A DNA stretch of 64,000 nucleotides, taken from Candidatus Eiseniibacteriota bacterium (GTDB lineage: Bacteria; Orphanbacterota; Orphanbacteria; Orphanbacterales; Orphanbacteraceae). Below, one piece after another: positions 42,013 through 51,418 of the stretch. The notes under the pieces are model-generated. The model made no database searches, was not told the DNA's origin, and saw nothing but the letters and a program-made list of their open reading frames with translations. How positions within the stretch are numbered: position 1 is the first letter of the stretch; each line of letters begins with the position of its first letter. The position numbers were made by a program, and so were the translations under genes. Where the stretch lies: contig JAJCZU010000008.1 of NCBI GenBank assembly GCA_029262235.1, forward strand, positions 195,621 to 259,620, read 5' to 3'.

Positions 42013-43215
42013 TTGACGAGAAGTTTCAGCAAGGCGCCCTCCAAGGAAATCCGCGCTCAGGTAGGTGTCCAGATCGAGAGCGATTTCAGCTCGCGCCTGG
42101 TCGGCTATCTGCGTGAGAACGGGTACCAGCTCGAGGCGGGCGATACCACGATCAAGCTCGCGGCCGAATTCGGGTTCTGCTATGGGGTCGACCGGGCCAT
42201 CGAGTATGCGTTCGCGGCCCGCCACCGGTTCCCGAACCGCCGGATCTGGCTCACGGGCGAGATCATTCACAATCCGGGCGTCAACGAACGCCTTCGCGAA
42301 ATGAAGATCGATTTCCTGCCGAATACCGACGACAAGAGCGTGCGTTACGCCGACCTCGCGAAGGACGACGTGATCCTGATCCCGGCTTTCGGCGCGGACT
42401 CCGAGGAGATGACGTACTTCCTGAACGAGGGGTACGAGATCGTCGACACGACGTGCGGGTCCGTACTGAACGTCTGGAAACGAGTGCGGAAGTATGCGAA
42501 CGAAGGCTTCACGGCGCTCGTTCACGGGAAATTCGATCACGAAGAAACGATCGCCACCGTTTCGCAGGTGTGCGCGGAATCGCCCGACGGCCACTACCTC
42601 GTCGTTCTCGACCTCGAAGAAGCGAGGGAGCTTGCCGCGATGATCGTATCCGGCGACTGGAGTGACTTCGACCGGAAGTTCCCGGAGCACGCAAGAAGCA
42701 AAGGCTTCGACCCGGCCCGCGATTTGATGCGGATCGGCGTCGCGAACCAGACGACCATGCTGGAATCGGAGTCGCGCGAAATCGGCGAGATCGTGCGCGC
42801 CGCCATCGGCGAACGCTACGGCGCGGGCGAAACGGAATCGCACTTCCTGTCGTTCGACACGATCTGCAGCGCCACGGAGGATCGTCAGCGCGCGGTGAAG
42901 GAACTTCTCGCGGACGGTGTCGATCGCATGATCGTAATCGGCGGGTACAACAGTTCGAACACGGGCCACCTGCTCGAACTTTCGAGCGCCGTGATCCCGG
43001 CGTATCACATCGTCGACGCCGGCTGCCTGATCACGCCCGAACGCATCGTCGCCAAGCCGAACGGCCGCGAGCCTGTCGAGATGACGGGCTGGCTCCCCGA
43101 GGGACCGCAGGTGATCGGCGTGACCGGCGGCGCCTCGACGCCCGACTCGATCGTGGGCCTCGTGATCGAACGCATCCTGCAGCTGCGCGGCGTGCCGCTT
43201 CCCTCACTCACCTAG
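42013..43215 (+). CDS. ispH: 4-hydroxy-3-methylbut-2-enyl diphosphate reductase (long, cyanobacterial/plant-type form)
   Basis: AEFGFCYGVDRAIE, IIHNP, DTTCGSVLNVW, GVANQTTM, GGYNSSNT, GASTPD. No in-frame ATG lies upstream of the conserved core. TTG at 42013 is the best in-frame start; the ORF-track extension back to 41626 runs through the hairpin repeats. Confidence 0.85.
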   Translation: MTRSFSKAPSKEIRAQVGVQIESDFSSRLVGYLRENGYQLEAGDTTIKLAAEFGFCYGVDRAIEYAFAARHRFPNRRIWLTGEIIHNPGVNERLREMKIDFLPNTDDKSVRYADLAKDDVILIPAFGADSEEMTYFLNEGYEIVDTTCGSVLNVWKRVRKYANEGFTALVHGKFDHEETIATVSQVCAESPDGHYLVVLDLEEARELAAMIVSGDWSDFDRKFPEHARSKGFDPARDLMRIGVANQTTMLESESREIGEIVRAAIGERYGAGETESHFLSFDTICSATEDRQRAVKELLADGVDRMIVIGGYNSSNTGHLLELSSAVIPAYHIVDAGCLITPERIVAKPNGREPVEMTGWLPEGPQVIGVTGGASTPDSIVGLVIERILQLRGVPLPSLT

Positions 43216-43221
43216 AGCGCC

Positions 43222-46200
43222 TTAGAACGCTTTCAGCAATTCCTCGACAGCCTTTTCGAGCTGCGGATCCGCGCCCGAAACCCAGTCGTTGTAGCGATTC
43301 TCCACGTGGAAGTCGGGCTTGCGGCCGTTGTTCTCGAGGTTCTCGCCTTCGAGCGTGAACGCGCCCCACGACGGTTTGCGGAACGTAGACCCGTCCATCA
43401 GCCGCAGGTTGCTCGTGCCGATCACGGACCCTGCCGTCGGAATACCCACGATCGGGCCGAGACCGAGCTTCCGGAATCCTTCCGCGAGAATTTCCGCGTT
43501 CGAATAAGAATGATTATTGATGAGCAAAGCAGTCGGCTTCTCGTATCCGTACGATCGCATTTTGGTTTCTGACGTCAGCGGGAGCCCGCGGAAATTGCGC
43601 AGGAGAAACGGCTTCCGCTCGAGAATGCCGAGGATGTGGACCGCCGTGTACCCGCCCCCGTTGTAACGAACGTCGAGAATGGCGCCGTCCCTGCCGTCGG
43701 CCATCGTGACGAGCTCGCGATAGAACCGCCGCAGAGCGCCGGCGCCCATCGAACGAATGTGAAGATACGCGAGCTTCCCGTCGCTCCACTCGTCCACCAT
43801 GTCGCGGCGTTCCTGCACCCACTCCTCATACCGGAGCCCGATGATCGTATTGCGCGTGACGGGCTTGATGCGCACGACGCGCGACCCGCGGCCCGAAGCG
43901 TTTGCGGCCACTTCCACTTCCACACGCTTCCCGACCTTGCGCTCGAGGAGCGAGTAGAGATTCGTTCCGGGCACGAGCTTCACGCCGTCGATCGCGATCA
44001 GAAACTCACCGGCTTCGATCCGCGCGTCGTCCCGGTCGGCCGGGCTGTTCGGCACGACCGAAGCCACACGAAACGCCCCGTCGTCGACCATGCGCGGGAA
44101 ATCGAGTCGAACGCCGAGATCGCCCGTAAAGTCGTTCTGTGAAGAGGGGGACGAAAAATTGAGATGAGAAGCGCCGAGTTCACCGACCATGAGGAGCATG
44201 AGCTCCTGGTAGTCTTTCGTAGTCGTCGCGAAGGGCAGTAACGCTTCGTACTTGAGGCGCACTTTATCCCACGACGCCCCGTGATACTCCGGGTCGTAGA
44301 ACTGGTCGTCGAGCAGCGACCAGCCCTCGAGAAACATCTGTTTCCAGAGCGCAACCTGATCGACTTCCATCTCGGCATCGAAAGACACCGACTCGCGGCT
44401 CTTCGCCCCCTTCTCCACGTCGACGGAATGGATCTTCCCGCCTTCTTCATACCAGACAACATTCCCGTCCGCGTACACGCTCCCCTTCGACTTCTCGGAC
44501 GTCGTGAGCTGCACGAGCTCCTTGTCTTTCTCGTCGCCGGTCGGATACGCCCAGAGATCGTAGCCGTCAAGCACGTTCGCCGAAAAGACCATGTGCCCCG
44601 ACTCGGTGAACACCGGGTCGAATTCGTTCGCCGCGATCCCGGGATACGCGGCCATGCGGAGATCGATCCGGTTGAAATCGATCACGACCGGTTTGGCTTC
44701 CTCTTCTTTCTTCTTGTCCTTCTTCTTGTCCTTCGCGTCTTCCTCGTCATCCGCGGGCTCGTCGTAGAGGGAGTCGAGCACATCCTCGTCGAACGTGAGC
44801 TTTTCGTCTTTCAAACGAACGCGGTACGTATCGATGTCGTCGTCGAACGAAGACGTGAAGTAGATATACTCGCCGTCCGGCGACCACACGGGGCGCTGAT
44901 TCGATCGCGAAAGCCAGCTGATCGCTTCGTCGCGTCCCGAAGCGAGTTCGCGCACACGAATGTCGGTGTGGAAATCTTTCGCGTACTGCGTGTACGCAAT
45001 CCACTTGCCGTCGGGCGACCACGAAAAGTTGTCGTCCGACTGCAGGCGAAGATCGAGGAAGTCGCCCTTGATGCGCTCCTTCACGTTGCGACCGTCCGCG
45101 TCGATCGTCTTGATCGTGTTGTTGCCGTGATAGTAGGCAATCACGTCGTCCGTGGGCGAAGGGTTCGGCTTCGACTCGTTCTCGCTCGTTGCGATCAGCA
45201 CGGATTCCGTGCCCGTTTTCGTATCACACTTGAAGAGATCGAGATTGCCGCTCCTGTCGGACGAATAGACGATCGTGCGCGAATCCGAGAGCCAGCGCAC
45301 ATCGCGTTCGCGCCACGGAGTCATCGTCATGCGCCGCGCCTGCCCGCCGTCCTTCGCGGGCACGACGAAAATCTCGCCCTGCACGACGAGCGCGATCTTC
45401 TTTCCGTCGGGCGAAACGCGAAACTCCGAAACGTCCTTCCCGAACGTCTTGTAGGAGACGGTGTTCTCTTTGCTTTCGGTGGCGCAGTCGATCGTGATTT
45501 TTTTGCCCTCAGGCGCGCCGAGCGTGTGCACCCACACGTCGAAGAACGCGCTGTACACCATTACATTGCCGCGCTCGGCAACCGAAAGCCAGGTGACGTC
45601 ATCGTCGAAATTCGTAATCGCGCGCGATTCGCCGCCGGCGGCAGGCACCGAGAACACGTTGAGCCGGCCCGCGCGCCCCGACACGAAGTACACGGTCTTG
45701 CCGTCGGGCGAAAAATGCGGCCAGAGATCGTGGAAGTCTCCTTCGACGAGCGGCTGCGGGCGAATCCCCTTCAGCGAAAAATCGGCAATATGAATATCGG
45801 CCGCGTCACTCGATTCGAAGAACCGGCGGCGCCATCCCGAGACGCTCCGGTTATCGTTGTAGAGAAGTTTTTTCCCGTCGGGCGAAAGGTTCGCGAACGA
45901 CTCGCGCTCGTTGTACACGTAGGAAATCTGGATCGGCATGCCGCCGGTCGCGTCGATGACCCACAGATCTTCCGAGCCCCCGCGCCTCGTTTCAAACAGG
46001 ATGCGCCCGTCCGGAGTCCAGTCGCGCGGTGTGTCCGTATTCGAATGATGGGTCAACTGTTTCGGTTCGCCCCCACCCGCGCCGATCACGAAAACATCTC
46101 CGTTGCCGCGCCGGTCGGACGAAAACGCGATCATCGTGCCGTCGGGCGACCAGACCGGCGTCCCGTCGTAAGCGACATGATCCGTAATCCGGGTCGCCTT

Positions 46201-46374
46201 GCCGCCCGCAACGGGCACGGTCCAGATATCGCCGGCGTAGGAGAACGCGATCCGCGTCCCGTCCGGCGAAACTTCGGGAGTCTGCACGAAACGGACCGGT
46301 TCGGCCCCGGCCGGGGGAACGGTAACGAGCGCCGTGACCACAAGAAGCATGGCGCGCACCAGACGGTGGAACAT
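43222..46374 (-). CDS. tricorn-like protease (TolB-type beta-propellers + PDZ + S41 peptidase domain)
   Basis: 1050 aa with a signal peptide. Repeated SPDG..IAF/Y..... blades. The C-terminal third carries PDZ-like and S41-like regions (AILDVRYNGGG...). Confidence 0.8.
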   Translation of the reverse strand: MFHRLVRAMLLVVTALVTVPPAGAEPVRFVQTPEVSPDGTRIAFSYAGDIWTVPVAGGKATRITDHVAYDGTPVWSPDGTMIAFSSDRRGNGDVFVIGAGGGEPKQLTHHSNTDTPRDWTPDGRILFETRRGGSEDLWVIDATGGMPIQISYVYNERESFANLSPDGKKLLYNDNRSVSGWRRRFFESSDAADIHIADFSLKGIRPQPLVEGDFHDLWPHFSPDGKTVYFVSGRAGRLNVFSVPAAGGESRAITNFDDDVTWLSVAERGNVMVYSAFFDVWVHTLGAPEGKKITIDCATESKENTVSYKTFGKDVSEFRVSPDGKKIALVVQGEIFVVPAKDGGQARRMTMTPWRERDVRWLSDSRTIVYSSDRSGNLDLFKCDTKTGTESVLIATSENESKPNPSPTDDVIAYYHGNNTIKTIDADGRNVKERIKGDFLDLRLQSDDNFSWSPDGKWIAYTQYAKDFHTDIRVRELASGRDEAISWLSRSNQRPVWSPDGEYIYFTSSFDDDIDTYRVRLKDEKLTFDEDVLDSLYDEPADDEEDAKDKKKDKKKEEEAKPVVIDFNRIDLRMAAYPGIAANEFDPVFTESGHMVFSANVLDGYDLWAYPTGDEKDKELVQLTTSEKSKGSVYADGNVVWYEEGGKIHSVDVEKGAKSRESVSFDAEMEVDQVALWKQMFLEGWSLLDDQFYDPEYHGASWDKVRLKYEALLPFATTTKDYQELMLLMVGELGASHLNFSSPSSQNDFTGDLGVRLDFPRMVDDGAFRVASVVPNSPADRDDARIEAGEFLIAIDGVKLVPGTNLYSLLERKVGKRVEVEVAANASGRGSRVVRIKPVTRNTIIGLRYEEWVQERRDMVDEWSDGKLAYLHIRSMGAGALRRFYRELVTMADGRDGAILDVRYNGGGYTAVHILGILERKPFLLRNFRGLPLTSETKMRSYGYEKPTALLINNHSYSNAEILAEGFRKLGLGPIVGIPTAGSVIGTSNLRLMDGSTFRKPSWGAFTLEGENLENNGRKPDFHVENRYNDWVSGADPQLEKAVEELLKAF

Positions 46375-46460
46375 TGCGGATCCTTTCAGCAGCAGGAAGC
46401 AAGAGAATACAAATGGTTGAGGTATTTGCGAATGTTAGGAGATTCACGTCCGGAATTCAA

Positions 46461-47003
46461 ATGAGCTATGATAGAGCCATGAAAGTCGTGCAGCGTCTCA
46501 GAATCATGGAGAAAGCCGTGTTCCTGATGGGGACCGAGCTCTTTCGGGAAGTGGCCACCGACGAGGCGGCGCTGATTGCCGCGCGCACCACGGAAGTGGA
46601 ATTCGAGCCGGGCGAGACCATCAATCTGATCCCCGAATACGCCACGAGCTTCCTGCTGCTCGTGGCAGGCACTGCGGAGCACACCCGCGGGGACCGCGTG
46701 ATCCGCGAAGCCACGGAAGGAACCGCGATCGGAATCATGGGACTCGTGGGGATCGACGAGGCAGGACAATACCCGATCGTCGTGCGGGAGAAGATTCACG
46801 CGATCGCGCTCTCCCGCGAAGCCTTCTTCGAAGCGCTCACGGATTACCCCCGTTTCGGGCGGAGCATTCTGCGCGGACTCGCGGTCGTTCTCCAGAACAT
46901 GACCAGGCGAATCGAAGAGCTCGAGGCAAGAATCGGGGAAATCGACCCCGGCGCGGTCCCGCCCGTCGGCTCGGCGCCCGACTCCCTCCCGCGCGGGGAA
47001 TAG
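46461..47003 (+). CDS. cyclic-nucleotide-binding domain protein (no obvious output domain)
   Basis: A cNMP-binding beta-barrel pattern spans most of the protein, from FLMGTELFREVATDEAALIAARTTEVEFEPGETI through GDRVIREATEGTAIG to IALSREAFFEAL. Start uncertain (46461, 46479 or 46506). Confidence 0.7.
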   Translation: MSYDRAMKVVQRLRIMEKAVFLMGTELFREVATDEAALIAARTTEVEFEPGETINLIPEYATSFLLLVAGTAEHTRGDRVIREATEGTAIGIMGLVGIDEAGQYPIVVREKIHAIALSREAFFEALTDYPRFGRSILRGLAVVLQNMTRRIEELEARIGEIDPGAVPPVGSAPDSLPRGE

Positions 47004-47325
47004 CCGCTGCCCGGGGCACACCCGTCCCCACCTTGTCACTCCCCCGTTCCGTTCGTATAGTCGCTTTATCAAAGAAGATGCAGCCTTCGGGGCGTGTTCC
47101 GATTCACTCCGGCCCTTGCAACTTTCCGCATCTCGACCGAAAAGGAACACGCCCTTTCATTCCGCCTGCAATTCGACACCGCGCCGCCCAAACGCCCGGA
47201 TTGACCAAACCCCCTCATTCTGCTAAACTTAGCGGCCAGTTAGATCATTTCTACCAAAATTGCCGAATCCGCTTGTTCCTACATGGGCGGCAAAGAATTA
47301 ACCACAACCTAAGGGGGTCCCCTCT

Positions 47326-50300
47326 ATGTGCAAACGAGTATCCCCGGCTCTTGCACTTGCTTGCCTTGTTGCATTCCTTCTCCCGTCCGATCTTCTCGCA
47401 AAAAAACCGGCTGCCAACAGCGCCGCGATCGACAAGACCTCGATCGCAGAAAGAACGCCCGTTCCGATTCGCATCGAGTCGAACTGGCGTGTGCGCGACG
47501 ACCGTTCCGGTGACTTCGCGAGAAGAATGTATCGTCGAGACTTTCAGACCGTGATGCCGACGCGCCAGAGCGACGATCCGGTGGCGGTCGCGCTCGACTT
47601 TCTCGCGGACGAAGCGGAACGCCTGAACCTTCCCGTGCAGGCGGGACAGGCCGGCAAGGCTTCAACGCTCGGTCTCGGACTCGAGCGAGTGAAAGCAAGC
47701 GGCAGCGGCAACCACGTGACGTTCACGCAGCAGGTCGGCTCCGTGCCGGTCTGGCGGAGCGACGTTGTCGTGAACATGACGCACCAGAACGTCGTCTACT
47801 CGGTGTTCAACGAGTCGCGCGGCGAGCTGGATCTCGACGTTTCTCCCGCATTCGACGGGATCGAAGCGCGCAGGATCGCGGTGGAGACCATCAAGCCCAC
47901 GAGCATGATGGGCGAGGTGAAGAGCAAGCTGTACGTGATGGACGTCCACGAAGACGGCACGTACAGGCTGGTTCATCGCGTAACGGTTCCCGCGCAGGAG
48001 CCGATCGGCGACTGGGTCGTGGCGATCGACGCGAAAACGCGCGAGATACTGAGAATTCACGACCAGCGCGTATTCGACACGGGTACCGGCAAGGTCTTCA
48101 ACCCGGACCCGATCACGACCATGCAGGACGAGTCGATCCTCGACAACGGCGACTCGAACGCCCTGATTCCGGACGCGGCGTACGACACGCTGGCCCTCAC
48201 GGATCTCGATCCGCCGGTCGGCGGCCTCTACAGCCTCGACGGCGCGTGGGCGCGCATCACGGACCACGAAGCCCCGACGCACGCCGCGCCGCAACTCGCT
48301 GATCCGAATGCTTACATCTATGATCGCAGCAATCTGAACTTCGAAGATGTGAACGTCTACTATCACATCACGGCGTTCCAGAACTACATCCAGTCGATCG
48401 GCGTATTCGGCGCGAACCAGCGCGTGCAGGAACTCGACGCGCACGGACTCTCCGGCGCCGACAACTCGCACTACGTGCTTTCGACGACGCAGATCGCGTA
48501 CGGCGACGGCGGCGTCGACGACGCGGAAGACGCGGACGTGGTCATTCACGAATACGGCCATGCCATTCACCATAATATCGTGCCGAGCTGGGGCGGCGGC
48601 GACGCCGGCCGCATGGGCGAAGGCTTCGGCGATTACCTCGCCTGGTCGTGGTCAATGCAGCAGAGCACGTTCGGCGACGACAAGATCTTCAACTGGGACG
48701 GTCACAATTCGTTCTGGCCCGGACGCCTCGCGGTCGACTCGACCCTGCACTACCCGGAAGACAACTCGGGCGTGCACACACCGGGCGGAACGCTCTGGTG
48801 CTCGGCGACGACGAGCGTTTGGCGCGAAATCGGCGGCGCGACTGCCGATGAAGTGCTGCTCGACGCGCACTTCGCCGTGGGCTCCGGCGCCACGATGCCT
48901 GACGTCGCGAACGCGGCCGTCAACTCGGACGTCGCGATCAACGGCGGCGCCAACGTGCAGGGCATCGTCAACACGTTCGACTTCTGGGGCATCCTGGATG
49001 CTTCGAGCTTCCTGCCGTCGATCGGGCACACGGCCCTCACCGACACGGAAGACATGGTCGGCCCGTACACGATCGATGCCGTTGTAACCAGCGCGCAGGC
49101 GCTCGACACGTCGAGCATCCGCGTGATCTACGGCACGACCGGCACGTTCACGGACACGCTCACGATGGCCAATGCCGGCGGCAACAACTACACCGCCGAC
49201 ATTCCGGGCCCGCTCAACAACGTGACCGTGCAGTACTACATCACGGCTTCGGACTCGGGCGGCGGCACGTCGACGCATCCGTCCGGCGCACCGGGCAACT
49301 TCCATTCGTTCTTTATCGGAGCGGACGTCACGCCGCCGGTGATCTCGCATACGGCGCTGAACGACAAGCCGTACATCAAGTGGCCGGCTACGGTTTCCGC
49401 CACGATCACGGACAACCTCGGCGTGAACGACGACTCCGTACAGGTCACGTGGGCGCTGAACGCGGCGCCGCAGGCGACGTTCAACCTCGTACGCGTCGGC
49501 GCGACCGACCTCTTCAGCGGCGACTTCCCGAGCGACACGACCATGGTCTCGATCGGTGACCTGATCGACTACCAGATCTGCGCGAAGGACAACTCGTCGA
49601 ACGAAAACCAGTCGTGCGAACCGTCGGTCGGAACGAATGCGTTCAAGCTGATCGCAACGCTCGGCGTGATCCTCGTACTCGACGACGACGAAGTCGCCAA
49701 AGAGCGCGAAGCGAAAATCATCAAGGGCCAGGCCGTTCAGATTCCGCCCGTGCGTGACTTCTCGAAGGTCGGCAAAGTGGCGGACGACATGGTCGACATG
49801 CTGAACGAAATGGGCTACGTCGCGACGAAAGAAGCGGCAAACACGAGCGATCCCGGCACATGGTCCGGATACGATCTCGTCGTTTCGTCGTCCGGTAAAA
49901 ACGAAGGTCCGGTTGCCGATGCCGGTTATCGCACGGCACTCGAGAACTACGTGGCGGGCGGCGGAAAGCTTCTCGTCGAAGGGGGCGAAGTCGCTTACGA
50001 CGCGATCAGCAGCCCGGGATACCCGAGCTTCGCAGCGAACGTGATTCACGGAAGCGCCTGGACCGGCGACAACGTCGGCACGCTGAACCTGCTCGCCGGC
50101 CAGTCGTCGCATCCGATCGCCACGAACCCGAACGCACTCCCGTCAGCGCTGACGGTCGCGTATACGGGATTCGGCGATCAGGACGCGTACACGAACGCGG
50201 ACGCCAGCACCTACACGGTCTACGAAACGACCACCGACCCGGGTGACGGCGGAATCGTCGTGTACGACGACAATCCGGCGCCCCAGAGCGCGCAGATCGT

Positions 50301-51336
50301 CATCTACGCGTTCGACTTCTCGGTCGTGGCCGATTCATCGACCCGTTACCAGATGCTGGAAAACACCGCGGCGTTTCTGCTCGCGGCCGAAGGCGGAGCA
50401 ACCGGCTCCATTTCCGGCAACGTGAACCTCGTCGGTTCGGGTGACAACTCCGGCGCAATCGTAACGGCCGGCGGAGAGTCGGACACGACAGATGTCGCCG
50501 GTGACTACCTGATCACGGGACTCTACGCCGGCACGTACAGTGTGACAGCGACAAAGTCCGGATACGCCGCCGGCACGCAGCCCGGTGTCAACGTCACCGA
50601 CAATACGAACACGCCGAACATCGACTTCACGCTCGGCGCCATTGCCACGGACACGATCTGCATCACGCCGGGAACCGCGATCATCGACCTCGACTCGATC
50701 GCCGTTCCTCTGAACGTGACGCAGAGCATCACGATCAGTGAAATCGACATGTCGGTTCGCATTCTGCATACGTACATCGGTGATCTGGAGGTCGCACTCC
50801 ACTCGCCGCAGGGTACGACGGTGCGCGTGCACGACAACACCGGCACTTCGGCTGACAGCATCAGCACGACGTATGACGCCATCACGGCCCCGTCAGGCCC
50901 CGGCTCCATGAGCGACTTCAACGGTGAAGACGCCCAGGGCAACTGGTATCTGTCGGTCGTCGACGGCGGAAACGGCGACGTCGGTACGGTCGAAGAAGTC
51001 TGCCTGATCATCACGTACGGCCTCACGGCCACGGACGTGGCGGACGGAAGCGTTCCACGCAGGTTCGAACTGCACCCGAACCGCCCGAACCCGTTCAACC
51101 CGACCACGACGATCTCGTTCGATGTTCCGAAAGCGACACACGTTCGCCTCGGCATCTATAACACGAGCGGGCGACTCATTCGGACGGTCGTTGACGAAAC
51201 GATGCAGGCCGGTTCACGCCAGATCCTCTGGGACGGCAGAAACGATTCCGGCAAGTCGGTTTCTTCGGGTCTTTACTTCTACAAGATCGAAGCCGACGGC
51301 TTCACGGAGACGCGGAAGATGACGCTCATCCGATAA
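47326..51336 (+). CDS. 1336-aa secreted zinc metalloprotease (M36 fungalysin-like HEYGH...GEGFGDY) with Ig-like modules, CarboxypepD_reg domain, proprotein-convertase P-domain and Por/T9SS-type C-terminal sorting domain
   Basis: Signal peptide MCKRVSPALALACLVAFLL. VVIHEYGHAIHH plus MGEGFGDYLAWS. P-domain ...HTYIGDLEVALHSPQGTTVRVHD...EDAQGNWYLSVVD. CTD NRPNPFNPTTTISFDVPKATHVRLGIYNTSGRLIRTV...LWDGRNDSGKSVSSGLYFYKIEA...KMTLIR. Confidence 0.8.
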   Translation: MCKRVSPALALACLVAFLLPSDLLAKKPAANSAAIDKTSIAERTPVPIRIESNWRVRDDRSGDFARRMYRRDFQTVMPTRQSDDPVAVALDFLADEAERLNLPVQAGQAGKASTLGLGLERVKASGSGNHVTFTQQVGSVPVWRSDVVVNMTHQNVVYSVFNESRGELDLDVSPAFDGIEARRIAVETIKPTSMMGEVKSKLYVMDVHEDGTYRLVHRVTVPAQEPIGDWVVAIDAKTREILRIHDQRVFDTGTGKVFNPDPITTMQDESILDNGDSNALIPDAAYDTLALTDLDPPVGGLYSLDGAWARITDHEAPTHAAPQLADPNAYIYDRSNLNFEDVNVYYHITAFQNYIQSIGVFGANQRVQELDAHGLSGADNSHYVLSTTQIAYGDGGVDDAEDADVVIHEYGHAIHHNIVPSWGGGDAGRMGEGFGDYLAWSWSMQQSTFGDDKIFNWDGHNSFWPGRLAVDSTLHYPEDNSGVHTPGGTLWCSATTSVWREIGGATADEVLLDAHFAVGSGATMPDVANAAVNSDVAINGGANVQGIVNTFDFWGILDASSFLPSIGHTALTDTEDMVGPYTIDAVVTSAQALDTSSIRVIYGTTGTFTDTLTMANAGGNNYTADIPGPLNNVTVQYYITASDSGGGTSTHPSGAPGNFHSFFIGADVTPPVISHTALNDKPYIKWPATVSATITDNLGVNDDSVQVTWALNAAPQATFNLVRVGATDLFSGDFPSDTTMVSIGDLIDYQICAKDNSSNENQSCEPSVGTNAFKLIATLGVILVLDDDEVAKEREAKIIKGQAVQIPPVRDFSKVGKVADDMVDMLNEMGYVATKEAANTSDPGTWSGYDLVVSSSGKNEGPVADAGYRTALENYVAGGGKLLVEGGEVAYDAISSPGYPSFAANVIHGSAWTGDNVGTLNLLAGQSSHPIATNPNALPSALTVAYTGFGDQDAYTNADASTYTVYETTTDPGDGGIVVYDDNPAPQSAQIVIYAFDFSVVADSSTRYQMLENTAAFLLAAEGGATGSISGNVNLVGSGDNSGAIVTAGGESDTTDVAGDYLITGLYAGTYSVTATKSGYAAGTQPGVNVTDNTNTPNIDFTLGAIATDTICITPGTAIIDLDSIAVPLNVTQSITISEIDMSVRILHTYIGDLEVALHSPQGTTVRVHDNTGTSADSISTTYDAITAPSGPGSMSDFNGEDAQGNWYLSVVDGGNGDVGTVEEVCLIITYGLTATDVADGSVPRRFELHPNRPNPFNPTTTISFDVPKATHVRLGIYNTSGRLIRTVVDETMQAGSRQILWDGRNDSGKSVSSGLYFYKIEADGFTETRKMTLIR

Positions 51337-51348
51337 CTGTTCACTCTG

Positions 51349-51381
51349 CGGGGGCGGGGTCACGGGACTCCGCCCCTTTTT
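51349..51381 (+). terminator. rho-independent terminator after the metalloprotease gene
   Basis: GGGGCGG(51351-57) ... CCGCCCC(51370-76) followed by TTTTT, 13 nt after the TAA. Confidence 0.7.
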
Positions 51382-51418
51382 CATTTCGCCTCATTTCGAT
51401 ACAACAGGAGTCTTACGA

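Noticed and set aside
44281-46464. 727-aa ORF antisense to the tricorn-like protease
   Set aside because: A shadow ORF of a clearly coding minus-strand gene with no recognisable domains. The same reasoning applies to 33501-35429, 21806-23494, 5407-7212, 48652-50112, 52286-53809, 41782-43008 and 36... plus-strand ORFs overlapping the DHH/M29 genes.
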